DNA of 27,331 nt from Abditibacteriaceae bacterium (GCA_031425655.1 JANPJS010000083.1:1-27331); one strand, 5' to 3'. Shown: positions 8,597 through 17,431, counted from the stretch's first letter. The notes: generated by a model not told the origin, from the letters alone. Numbers and translations: made by a program.

Positions 8597-9562
8597 ATGA
8601 AACTACGCCTCGTTGCCGGGCTTTTGCTAAGCGTCGCTGTGAGTTGGCCGGTTGAAGCGCAGGACGTGTCGCTGCGCCTTGCACGCCATCGTTCGGATGC
8701 CGTTTTGCGCGAGATCGCGGCGGATTTGCCCGCTGCCACAACCGGAGGCACTCAAAGCGGCACGCCGGGCGCGGCTGGAGTTGATGTGTCGGCCAAACCA
8801 CGCTTGCGGCGCGAGATTACCGCTTCCATAGATGCCCGCGCCGGATTCGACCGCCAGACTGTCGTGTTCGGCAATCCCGGCAATCCCGACGTGGCGGGAA
8901 CGGCCAAACGCCGCATCGGCTCGCTGAACTTGTCGCTTTCCTACCCGCTATCGGCGCAAAGCAGCGTGTTCGTCTCGGTTCCTTATATAGATCAACGCGA
9001 AACCTTGAATTCGTCGCTGGGCACAGCTTCTTTGCGCGGACGCGGCTTGGGCGATTTGGGATTCTATATGCAGCACCGATTTCCCGAAATCGCCAAAGGC
9101 ACCGAACTCAGCGTTTCGTTGGGAATGATCGTGCCGACCGGCAAAGATTCGTTTAATTTAGCGCCCAACGAATTGCCGACCGGCGTTGGTTTTTATCAGC
9201 CGGTTGCGCGCGTGATGCTGCGAAAACTGCGCGTGCCTTTGCAGCTTTACGGCGCGGTGGATTACGGCACCAGCTTTTCGCGCAATGTCGGCGGATCGCG
9301 CCTGCGCCTGCCGAATTCCTACGGCGGCGAACTGGGCTTTTATTATGCGATGGGGCCGGAATTAACCTCGCAAACTTCGGTCAGTGTGAGCAAAGTCACC
9401 AGCCCTTTTGTGGATGCGCGTGGCGCGACCGTCGGCTATCTTTCGCAAGCGCTAACTTATCAGGCCAATCAGCGCACTTCGCTGCGCGCTTCGGTTGACG
9501 TGGGCCTCACGGAAGACAGCACCGACGCGTTCGCCGGTCTCTCCATTAACAGCAACTTCTAA
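8597..9562 (+). CDS. Outer-membrane beta-barrel, 'transporter'/MetA-phenol-degradation/FapF-like family
   Basis: Signal peptide; LSLSYPL, VFVSVPY, GLGDLGF, PTGKD...LPTGVGFYQ motif; alternating beta-strands; terminal Phe (SINSNF). Confidence 0.75.
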   Translation: MKLRLVAGLLLSVAVSWPVEAQDVSLRLARHRSDAVLREIAADLPAATTGGTQSGTPGAAGVDVSAKPRLRREITASIDARAGFDRQTVVFGNPGNPDVAGTAKRRIGSLNLSLSYPLSAQSSVFVSVPYIDQRETLNSSLGTASLRGRGLGDLGFYMQHRFPEIAKGTELSVSLGMIVPTGKDSFNLAPNELPTGVGFYQPVARVMLRKLRVPLQLYGAVDYGTSFSRNVGGSRLRLPNSYGGELGFYYAMGPELTSQTSVSVSKVTSPFVDARGATVGYLSQALTYQANQRTSLRASVDVGLTEDSTDAFAGLSINSNF

Positions 9563-9563
9563 A

Positions 9564-10724
9564 TTAAACGCCCTGCACGCGCGCTGGGCGTTTGCCGACT
9601 GTGACGGAATAATCGGTGGTTTTGCCGTTTTGCCACAGGCTGAGCGTCAGTTTGCTGCCCGGTGCCAAATCTGCGATCAGATTGCGAAGCTGGCCCGGCG
9701 ACTCGATGGCCGTGCCGTTGGCTTTGAGAATGATGTCGGAGCGCCGCTCGTCCCAGGGCAACTGTCCCGCCGGGCCGTTGGTGTAAACGCCTTTGACCAT
9801 CACGCCGGTTACATCACGCAGGCCCATTTGACCCGCCACGTCATCGGTCATCGGATCAACGAGCAGGCCAATCCAGCCGCGCGTGACGCGCCCATTTGCC
9901 AAAAGCTGGCCGCTGATGCGCCGCGCCAGATTCGCGGGAATCGCCAGACCAATGCCCTGATTGCCGCCTTGCTGGCCGTTGGAAGTGAGAATCGCCGTGT
10001 TGATGCCGATTAAAGCGCCGTCCAAATCTACTAAAGCGCCGCCGGAATTGCCGGGATTGATGGCCGCGTCGGTTTGCAGAAAGTCTTCGTAAGCCGAAAT
10101 TCCCAAATCGCGCCGGCCTTTTGCCGAAATGATGCCCTGCGTCACGGTCGAAGCGAGGTTGAACGGGCTGCCGATAGCCAAAACGATTTCGCCGACTTGC
10201 AATTTGTCGCTGTCGGCCCATTGCGCGACGGGCAAGTTTTTGCCTTCGATTTTCAAGACCGCAACGTCGGTCGGCGGGTCAACGCCGAGCAGCTTGGCTG
10301 GAAAGCGACGCTTGTCGTTGAGCGTCACGATGATGGTCTCGGCGCCTTCGACGACGTGATTATTCGTCACAATGGTGCCGTCGGCGTTGACGATCACGCC
10401 GCTGCCCACGCTTTGCGCCTGCTGGTCGGGTTCACGCAGCAGCGGGCCGCCGCCGCCGAAAAAGTCGCCGAAAAATGGGTCGCGCACGATGCGCCCCGGA
10501 ACCACGCGCCGCGCCGTGATGTTGACAACGGCGGGCGTCACCTGTTTGGCGATGCTCGTATAAGTCGCCGAAAGGCTTTTCAAGTCGGCAACGCTGCGCG
10601 TGGTTTGCGCGCCGGCAGACGGCTCGATGCCGGAGGAAAGCGAGGCCGAATTGCGGGCGCAGGCGCCGATAAAGAGTCCGAGGCCCAGCGCGCCGGCGAC
10701 AGGGAAAAGCGTTTTGTGTTTCAT
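9564..10724 (-). CDS. HtrA/DegQ-family serine protease (trypsin + one PDZ), probable lipoprotein
   Basis: GSGVIV, TNNHVV (His), TDVAVLKI (Asp), QTDAAINPGNSGG (Ser), RGWIGL PDZ; lipobox-like FIGAC. Confidence 0.93.
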   Translation of the reverse strand: MKHKTLFPVAGALGLGLFIGACARNSASLSSGIEPSAGAQTTRSVADLKSLSATYTSIAKQVTPAVVNITARRVVPGRIVRDPFFGDFFGGGGPLLREPDQQAQSVGSGVIVNADGTIVTNNHVVEGAETIIVTLNDKRRFPAKLLGVDPPTDVAVLKIEGKNLPVAQWADSDKLQVGEIVLAIGSPFNLASTVTQGIISAKGRRDLGISAYEDFLQTDAAINPGNSGGALVDLDGALIGINTAILTSNGQQGGNQGIGLAIPANLARRISGQLLANGRVTRGWIGLLVDPMTDDVAGQMGLRDVTGVMVKGVYTNGPAGQLPWDERRSDIILKANGTAIESPGQLRNLIADLAPGSKLTLSLWQNGKTTDYSVTVGKRPARVQGV

Positions 10725-10764
10725 AAAAATCGGGTTTTGGGTATTAAAGGGCAGTTTCTATCTC

Positions 10765-10792
10765 AAACCCGAAACCCAACACCCGAAACCCT
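10765..10792. repeat. Degenerate heptamer tandem repeat in the htrA/sodA divergent intergenic region
   Basis: AAACCCG AAACCCA ACACCCG AAACCCT; a complementary CGGGTTTTGGGT lies at 10731-10742. Confidence 0.55.
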
Positions 10793-10867
10793 ATTCGTTA
10801 GTATAAACTGGCGGAACGGCATTTGCGCCGCGCCGCGCCCGACGAAACTACTTTTCAGGAGAGATTC

Positions 10868-11470
10868 ATGTCCCATTCCGTTCCGCCGTTGCCGTATGAT
10901 TACAGCGCGCTCGAAGCCGCTATTGACGAGCAAACCATGCACTTGCATCACGATAAGCATCATCAGGCTTACGTGGACAAGCTCAACGCCGCAATCGAAA
11001 AGCACCCCGAACTGGCTGATAAATCCGCCGAAGCCTTGATTCAAGACTTCAACGCCGTTCCCGAAGACATTCGCATGGCTGTTCGCAACAACGGCGGCGG
11101 CCACGTCAATCACACTATGTTTTGGGAAATTATGGGGCCAAACGGCGGCGGCGAGCCGACCGGCGCCATCGGCGATGCGATTAAGGCTGCTTTCGGCGAT
11201 TTCGAGAGCTTTAAGAAGCAATTCAACGAAGCGGGCGTCAATCGTTTTGGCAGTGGCTGGGTTTGGCTGGTCAAAGACGGTGCGGGCGTAAAAATCGTCA
11301 GCACGCCGAATCAGGACAACCCGATGAGCGAGGGCCAAACCCCGATTTTGGGCAACGATGTCTGGGAACACGCTTATTATCTGCGCTACCAGAACCTGCG
11401 CGCCAAATATCTCGAAGCGTGGTGGAGCGTCGTCAACTGGGACGCTGTGAACGCACGTTTCGGCAAATAA
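10868..11470 (+). CDS. sodA: Superoxide dismutase, Mn-type
   Basis: [57 protein letters not shown] and QD are Mn-type signatures; SD AGGAGAG precedes ATG 10868. Confidence 0.95.
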   Translation: MSHSVPPLPYDYSALEAAIDEQTMHLHHDKHHQAYVDKLNAAIEKHPELADKSAEALIQDFNAVPEDIRMAVRNNGGGHVNHTMFWEIMGPNGGGEPTGAIGDAIKAAFGDFESFKKQFNEAGVNRFGSGWVWLVKDGAGVKIVSTPNQDNPMSEGQTPILGNDVWEHAYYLRYQNLRAKYLEAWWSVVNWDAVNARFGK

Positions 11471-11480
11471 TCGCGCCGCA

Positions 11481-11521
11481 AAACCAAACGCCCGCTTCTT
11501 TTGAAGCGGGCGTTTTGTTTT
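11481..11521. terminator. Bidirectional intrinsic terminator between sodA and convergent gene
   Basis: AAACGCCCGCTTC-tttt-GAAGCGGGCGTTT with A/T-rich flanks. Confidence 0.85.
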
Positions 11522-11524
11522 AAG

Positions 11525-12223
11525 TTACTCAGAAGTGTTCGACCGGGCTTTTAAAGCGGCCAGCAGGCTATCGCGCGCTTTGAGAACTTGATCGGCATTG
11601 ATTTTCTCGCGCTCTTTTTTGTCCATCGCCAGCCACAGTGAGCGCACGGCCTCGCCCTGCGAAGCGAAATGGGCGCGCCGGTTCAGTTCGTGAAAGTAAG
11701 TCCACAACGTCACAGCGGCGGAAAGCGACGTATCGTGTTCCAGAGCTTCGAGATCGGCGCGTTCCGGTAAAAAGTCGTGCTCTATGGCGAGTTCTCCAAG
11801 CGCGATAAGCCGAAGCTCCTGCGCCGTTTCCGCAACTTTTTCTTTGCCTTTGGCGGATTTTTTCCCGCCCGGCGCGCCCGCCATCAAACTGCGTTTGCCA
11901 CTGGCAACCCAGCCGCCTTTGTCTCCATAGTTATCATAAGAGGCTTTTGGCGTGCTTTCGACAAGTCGAAACGAAGTCTGTAAGAAAGACGAAAAGAGCC
12001 ACGCGAAAGCGGGAATTTCCTCTTCCGAAGGGCGAAGCGCCAGTGGAATCATGCCGTAGGCGCTCCGCACCCAAGCTTCGCAACTCTCGGCGTGACGCCA
12101 TTTTTCCAAGTTCTGATCGCTCAGAAGCTCCTGTTCATTGTCCGCCCGCCGATTGAGCCACAGCAAAAGTTCGTAAGCCGAGTTTTGCAAGCGCAAAAGG
12201 CGCTCGATTTCAGCGCGATTCAT
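11525..12223 (-). CDS. Hypothetical protein (232 aa, helical, no family recognised)
   Basis: ATG at 12223 preceded by AGAGGA. The ORF-track extension to 12337 runs through a terminator and is rejected. Confidence 0.7.
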   Translation of the reverse strand: MNRAEIERLLRLQNSAYELLLWLNRRADNEQELLSDQNLEKWRHAESCEAWVRSAYGMIPLALRPSEEEIPAFAWLFSSFLQTSFRLVESTPKASYDNYGDKGGWVASGKRSLMAGAPGGKKSAKGKEKVAETAQELRLIALGELAIEHDFLPERADLEALEHDTSLSAAVTLWTYFHELNRRAHFASQGEAVRSLWLAMDKKEREKINADQVLKARDSLLAALKARSNTSE

Positions 12224-12274
12224 AGTTTCATTTTCCTCTTCTCGAAAGTATGACACGCCGCTTATCGTCGAATA

Positions 12275-12320
12275 ACAAACCAAACGCCCGCTTCTTTTTA
12301 GAAGCGGGCGTTTGGTTTGT
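12275..12320 (-). terminator. Terminator hairpin downstream of the SBBP protein gene
   Basis: 21-bp perfect stem ACAAACCAAACGCCCGCTTCT-tttt-AGAAGCGGGCGTTTGGTTTGT; near-identical to the hairpin at 11481-11521. Confidence 0.85.
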
Positions 12321-12344
12321 GGCGACCATGAGTCCAAACGCTGT

Positions 12345-15300
12345 CTATCGCGCCGTCAATGTGTTCTTCCCGCCGGGCCATATCACTTCCACTTTATCGC
12401 CTCGCTGCAAAGCGTCGGGAAGAAGTTGCAGAGAAACCGTCGTGCCGTCGGCGCCGAGCGAAGTGTTCATAATCGGCACGATTTCGCCATTAATAATGAC
12501 GGTAAACGCGGCGAGTGCGCTGTTTTCAACTAAGCCGTCGAAAACGAGGCGCACTTCGCTGCGGTCAACGTCCGCCGTGAGGGTTGAAGGCTGCGCCAAA
12601 GTTCCGACAATCGGCGCGTTTTTCAGCGATTCTTCGGCTTTTAGTGCGCTCGCCATTGAACTGGCGGCGACTCTGCCCGGCGCCCATGTTGGGGCGAAGT
12701 CGGCGTTGCCGTTGTCGGTCAATTGGCGCACGCCGTTAATTTCGCCGCTGCGTTGCATGGTGTAGATTTCCTGATCGCCGGTGCCGCGTGTCGAAGTGAA
12801 GGCGATGCCGGCGCCGTCGGGACTGAAACACGGCTCTGTATTGGTGCTGCGTGATGTTGTGAGAGGAGTCTGCCGCAAGCCGTCAGAGGCCATCACGTAA
12901 ATTTGATAATTGCCGCTGCGGTCGGAGTGGAAAACAACCGCGTTGCTATCGGGACTCCACGCCGGATGGTTGTCGTTGCGCGCCAGTATGGTCAGGCGCG
13001 CCACGCCGCCCACGCCGCCGGGCATGGCGTCCATCACATAAATGTCGTTGTTGCCGGCGCGATTGGAATGAAAAAGCAGCGCCGTGCCGTCCGCGCTCCA
13101 CGCCGGAGCGTCGTCGTTCGCAGCATTATTGGTCAGGCGCACCACGCCCGAACCGTTGGCGTTCATTGAATAGATTTCGGGGTTGCCGTCGCGCGTGGAG
13201 ACAAAAGCAATGCGCGCTCCGTCGGGGGAATAAAACGGGTCGTAATCGCTGGCGGCGTTGGTAGTCAGGCGCGTTTGCGCGGAGCCGTCGGCGTTCATTG
13301 AATAGATTTCACGATTGCCGTTGCGATTCGACGAAAACACGATGCGCGATCCGTCGCGCTGGAAGTTCGGCATATCATCGGTGGCCGTGTTGTTGGTCAA
13401 ACGAGTCTGGTTCGTGCCGTCGTCGTTCATCACATAGATTTCGGGGCTGCCGTTGCGTGTGGACACAAAAGCGATTTGGCCCGGCGACGGGGCGCCCGGC
13501 GTGCCGCCAAAGGCATCGAAGCTGATTTTCGTGATACTGGCATCCAAACTGCCGCCACCGTAAACGGGTTGCGCGGCTTGTCGCGTGGGAAAATCGGTGG
13601 ACGAGGTTTGACTAACGACAAACCATCGGTCGAGATTATCCAGCGCGATGGAGACGCCGCGCTCCTCCCCTCCGCCTCCTAAATACGACGAAAACAGCAG
13701 CGCCGAGCCGTTGGGCGTGAGTTTCAAGAGTCCCAAATCGCGCCCGCCGCGCCGCTGCGATTGCACCGGCAAACGCAGAGGATAATTCGCCGATTGAACA
13801 TCGCCCACGATGCAGATATTGTCCTGGCTGTCGAGCACGAGACTGCGCGCCCGGTCGGCGCCGCCGCCACCGAAATACGTCGAGAAAACCAGGCCCGAAC
13901 CGATGAGCGGGATTTTCGCAATAAACATATCTACGCCGCCCACCAGTTGCGGCACCAAAGCATTTTTGGTGGGAAAATCAGCCGAATCGGTGCGCCCCAC
14001 GACTACGGCGTTGCCCGATCTATCGAGCGCCAAGCGAAACAAACGGTCGGTGCCGGCGCCGCCTAAATATGTGGAAAACACAAGGGACACGCCATTGGAA
14101 TCAAGCTTGGCGATCCAGCAATCGGTGGCGCCGGCGTAAACGGATTGTGCCGCATTTTTGGTCGGAAAATCAGCGGATTGCGTATAACCGCTGATGAACA
14201 TCTTGCCGACGGCGTCCACAGTAATGCCGGTGCAAGCATCGAAGCTGCTGCCCCCGAAATAGGTCGCGTAAGCAAGGGAGGGTTGGCCGCTCACCACACT
14301 GAATTTAGCGATAAAAGCGTCATCGCCGCCTTTTCTTGTGCTTTGGAAAGGGCTTTTCAAAGGAAGATCGGACGAATTGGTATTGCCGCCCAAATACACG
14401 TTGCCGGAGCCGTCAATATCAAGGCGCACGCCGAGCAGAAAATTCGATGCGGCATTCGGGTCGCTGGTATCAACCAAGTCGGTGCCTTCATCGGCGCTGC
14501 CGCCGTAGTAAGTGGAATAGGAAAGCGTTGTGCCGTCGGCGCTTAGCTTGAAAAGAAAGGCATCCACGCCGCCTTTCTTTCGCGCCTGATAAGCGTTTTT
14601 GGTCGGAAAATCCGTTGAGGCGGTGATTCCCGCGACTGTCGGGTTGCCACTCGCGTCCACTTTCACGCGATAGGCTTTGTCCTGCTGCGTGGCGCCGCCG
14701 ATGTAAGTCGAAAAGAGTAGCACGCCGTTGCTATCGTATTTGGTGACAAAAGCATCCTGATCGCTTGGATAAGGCTGCGGCCCGCCCGCAAAGTTGGGAT
14801 ATAAGGCATTGAGAATTGGGAAATCGGCGGAATCGGTGGCGCCTACGACGTAAAGATTGCCCGCGTTATCCACGCCGCAATCGGCGGGGTCTTCGGTCAA
14901 ACTGCCGCCGAGATAAGTCGAATAGGACAGCACGGGGTCAATCACTAAGGTGCGACTGCGGTCGTATTTCGCCAGTCTCAGGCGCACTTCGCCATCGCGC
15001 TGCATGGCATAAGAGGCCGCAACCGCGCGCCGCGCGCCGTTGAAAGTTTGAAACGCCACCGGCTTGTGCTGAAAAAGCACGCCGCCGGGCACCGCGAATT
15101 CGAGATCGCCTCGCCCGTTGACTTTCACGCCGCGCGCACCCGAAAAGCGCAGGCGAATGCGCGACGGGTCGGCGTGAGGCGCCACGATCCAATCGTATTC
15201 AAATTGGCGCTGCTTGCCGTAAAACGCGAGGCCGATGCCGGGATAAATCTCATCGCAGCGCAAACGCGCGAAGTTCGGCACGCCCTTGCGCCATTGGTTC

Positions 15301-15647
15301 GCATCTTTGCCGATAAAATAATGGCTTTTGGCCGCCATTGGCGCCTCGGAGCGCAGTCGCGCTTTCGGGTTGGCACCTATCCAGCGGATTTGCAAGCGCG
15401 TATTTTTCGCGGGCGCGTGGCGCAGCGCCAGCGAAGCACCGTTCGGACGCACGAGCAGGCCAAACCCGTTGCCGCGCGCGATAAAATCGCTATTGCCGCG
15501 CGGCTCAAAGGCCAAAGGCGCTCGAATGAGCGTGGCTTGTGCGGCGGACGGCAAGGCCGCGAAGCACGGCGCGGTAAAAGGGCCGGATGCTGCGGTCATT
15601 AAGGTGAAAAGGCACGCAGCGGTGCGCGGCATAAAGCGATGGAACAT
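12345..15647 (-). CDS. Secreted protein: N-terminal SBBP-associated domain, 7 SBBP propeller repeats, 6 TolB/PD40 repeats, conserved C-terminal domain
   Basis: Signal peptide after ATG 15647 (SD GGGAG); PLAFEP, YPGI...EYDWIVAPHADP; seven (F/Y)STY(L/F)GG...D..GN...G.T.S.DFP-type repeats; six IAF.S.R.G..EIY.M..DG-type repeats. Confidence 0.88.
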   Translation of the reverse strand: MFHRFMPRTAACLFTLMTAASGPFTAPCFAALPSAAQATLIRAPLAFEPRGNSDFIARGNGFGLLVRPNGASLALRHAPAKNTRLQIRWIGANPKARLRSEAPMAAKSHYFIGKDANQWRKGVPNFARLRCDEIYPGIGLAFYGKQRQFEYDWIVAPHADPSRIRLRFSGARGVKVNGRGDLEFAVPGGVLFQHKPVAFQTFNGARRAVAASYAMQRDGEVRLRLAKYDRSRTLVIDPVLSYSTYLGGSLTEDPADCGVDNAGNLYVVGATDSADFPILNALYPNFAGGPQPYPSDQDAFVTKYDSNGVLLFSTYIGGATQQDKAYRVKVDASGNPTVAGITASTDFPTKNAYQARKKGGVDAFLFKLSADGTTLSYSTYYGGSADEGTDLVDTSDPNAASNFLLGVRLDIDGSGNVYLGGNTNSSDLPLKSPFQSTRKGGDDAFIAKFSVVSGQPSLAYATYFGGSSFDACTGITVDAVGKMFISGYTQSADFPTKNAAQSVYAGATDCWIAKLDSNGVSLVFSTYLGGAGTDRLFRLALDRSGNAVVVGRTDSADFPTKNALVPQLVGGVDMFIAKIPLIGSGLVFSTYFGGGGADRARSLVLDSQDNICIVGDVQSANYPLRLPVQSQRRGGRDLGLLKLTPNGSALLFSSYLGGGGEERGVSIALDNLDRWFVVSQTSSTDFPTRQAAQPVYGGGSLDASITKISFDAFGGTPGAPSPGQIAFVSTRNGSPEIYVMNDDGTNQTRLTNNTATDDMPNFQRDGSRIVFSSNRNGNREIYSMNADGSAQTRLTTNAASDYDPFYSPDGARIAFVSTRDGNPEIYSMNANGSGVVRLTNNAANDDAPAWSADGTALLFHSNRAGNNDIYVMDAMPGGVGGVARLTILARNDNHPAWSPDSNAVVFHSDRSGNYQIYVMASDGLRQTPLTTSRSTNTEPCFSPDGAGIAFTSTRGTGDQEIYTMQRSGEINGVRQLTDNGNADFAPTWAPGRVAASSMASALKAEESLKNAPIVGTLAQPSTLTADVDRSEVRLVFDGLVENSALAAFTVIINGEIVPIMNTSLGADGTTVSLQLLPDALQRGDKVEVIWPGGKNTLTAR

Positions 15648-15810
15648 GAACTTACTCCCGATTCTAAATAGTGCGCGCTTCAGTTTCATGGCAGCACGGC
15701 TTCTTGCATAGCGCCGCCACAGTTTGCGAGTTGCCGCAGAAGCCGTGTCGAGGCGCAGATTCGTATGATTATGTTCGCTCAAAGCCGAAAGCGAACACGA
15801 TTGGAATTTT

Positions 15811-16048
15811 TACTCATCTTACGCGGTAGGATGCGATAGGTGCAAAGAGCGACTTTGTCGCTCGTGAACCCCCAACCCCCTTGATTAAGGGGGCTATCGC
15901 ATACTTGGTGGCAGAATGTGAAATGCTTTAGCCCCCAATACGTTTTGCTTGATTCAACCAAATCATTCTTTAGCCCCCTTACCAAGGGGGTTGGGGGTTC
16001 ACGAGCGACAAAGTCGCTCTGTTCGCCTACTCTGTAAGGAATGAGTTT
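15811..16048. repeat. Large palindromic REP/MITE-like element
   Basis: 38-bp perfect inverted repeat 15846-15883 / 15983-16020, extending inward imperfectly to ~51 bp. Outer imperfect arms ACTCATCTTACGCGGTAGG / CCTACTCTGTAAGGAATGAGT. Confidence 0.85.
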
Positions 16049-16105
16049 TCATCAAGACGTTGAAATGAGGCAGTGCCGTGTTTCTAAAATAGAAGCGGGT
16101 GATTT

Positions 16106-17350
16106 ATGGGTGAACCAGTTTTTTTAGTCGGCGCCGCGAATGAAATCGGCGCGCTGTTGGGCCAATATCAAAAAGACCTTTTAGGCGAGCGCGTCGCACG
16201 CACGATCAGCACGGCTTTCTACCTTGGGGAAGCGGAATTAATGATGTCGCTCATGGAACGCGCCGACAAGTTCGGCGCGGCCCTCGAAAGCGCGGCGCCG
16301 CATTGGTTGGACGAAACACGCGCTCTGGCCGATGCAACCGGCCTCCGGCTGAACGACATTCTCGCGCTGAACTGTCTGCCGCCGAATTTCTGGGGCAAAA
16401 GTTACCAGCCGCCTCCTTTATATAATGCAAGCACCGGCGAGATCGTTTCGCCCTTCGACGCGCAGGGCTACGAACCGCTGATGGGCGGCGACTGCACCAG
16501 CTTTTTCGCGCTTGGCGACAGCACGATTTCCGGCGAAACACTGTTTCACAAGAACCGCGACGAGCGCGACGAAGTGCAATGCCTTTTTATCAAGCAAAGT
16601 GACGGGTGCTTTCGCTACGTCGCGGGCGGCGACATCGGCAATATCGGCATCGCGCACGTTCAAACCGAGAATTACTGGGCCGGGGCCAACAATACCGGGT
16701 CGCCGATTGCGCCCGATGAATACCAAGACTGCGCTCTCAGCGATGCTCATGCGCTGCGCTATCTCGCGGAGCGGTGCGAATCGCTTAGTGACATCGTGCC
16801 GGCTTTGGATGATCTGATTGCGCGCAAATTATTGGGCGGAGGCGGCTTCAATTTCGGCTCAATTTTCCTTTTTGCCGATGCCGTGCGCGGCTTGATCGTC
16901 GAATGCACTTCGCGGCGGCTGGCGCATCGCTGGTTCGAGGGTGACGAGATGGCGGTTCGCACCAATCACTTCATTCTGCCCGAAATGCAGGAGTTCGCTT
17001 TGCCGCCGAATAAGGGCAGCGTGCTTCGCTACGAACGCGCCGTCGAGCTTTGGAGCGAATCCGAAGGCCACGCGGGCATTTCGGCCTGCGGTGAAATCGC
17101 GCGCGACCGCTTTAATTCGCCGCATGGCATCTGCCGCAACCCCTCGGACGAATGGGGCAGCGCGACCGTCTCCACTTCGACGGCAACTATCAGCCGCCAC
17201 GACGACCGGCGCTGCGCCACGCACTTTCGCAACTGCCATCCGAGCTACACGCCCGCCGTCATTCTCACGCCGCTCGACCGCGTGTCCGATTCGGAGCTGC
17301 TGTCCGGCGCCCACAATCAGGAATGGCGCTTTTATCGGGGCTGGATTTAG
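16106..17350 (+). CDS. C45-family autoproteolytic acyltransferase/hydrolase (Ntn hydrolase)
   Basis: IG..LG N-terminus, DE...LADATGL...DIL.LN, GGD|CTSFFA nucleophile Cys, LFHKNRD, VRTNHF, S..RYER. Confidence 0.8.
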   Translation: MGEPVFLVGAANEIGALLGQYQKDLLGERVARTISTAFYLGEAELMMSLMERADKFGAALESAAPHWLDETRALADATGLRLNDILALNCLPPNFWGKSYQPPPLYNASTGEIVSPFDAQGYEPLMGGDCTSFFALGDSTISGETLFHKNRDERDEVQCLFIKQSDGCFRYVAGGDIGNIGIAHVQTENYWAGANNTGSPIAPDEYQDCALSDAHALRYLAERCESLSDIVPALDDLIARKLLGGGGFNFGSIFLFADAVRGLIVECTSRRLAHRWFEGDEMAVRTNHFILPEMQEFALPPNKGSVLRYERAVELWSESEGHAGISACGEIARDRFNSPHGICRNPSDEWGSATVSTSTATISRHDDRRCATHFRNCHPSYTPAVILTPLDRVSDSELLSGAHNQEWRFYRGWI

Positions 17351-17395
17351 GAGACTTTTGCCGTAACGCCGTAATCTTTTCCTGACCTGTCGCAC

Positions 17396-17431
17396 AAAAG
17401 CCCCGCGTCCATTTGGACGCGGGGCTTTTTG
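17396..17431. terminator. Intrinsic terminator (likely bidirectional)
   Basis: AAAAGCCCCGCGTCCA-tt-TGGACGCGGGGCTTTTT. Confidence 0.88.

Noticed and set aside
7558..9562. Calling the cassette a canonical fap operon or a classical bacteriocin/PCAT locus
   Set aside because: No FapA/B/C/E-like genes or Asn/Gln-rich amyloid repeats, and no ABC transporter, HlyD or immunity gene; only the peptidase and barrel are analogous.
10074..11039. 321-aa plus-strand ORF (also 9495-10013)
   Set aside because: Antisense shadow of the htrA gene in GC-rich DNA; no motifs.
12700..13480. tolB gene call for the PD40 repeats
   Set aside because: The repeats are one module in a larger secreted protein; no TolB N-domain and no tol-pal context.
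15846..16020. Possible CRISPR array or structured ncRNA
   Set aside because: Only two arms in inverted orientation, no repeat-spacer periodicity and no cas genes; an ncRNA cannot be supported without covariance data.
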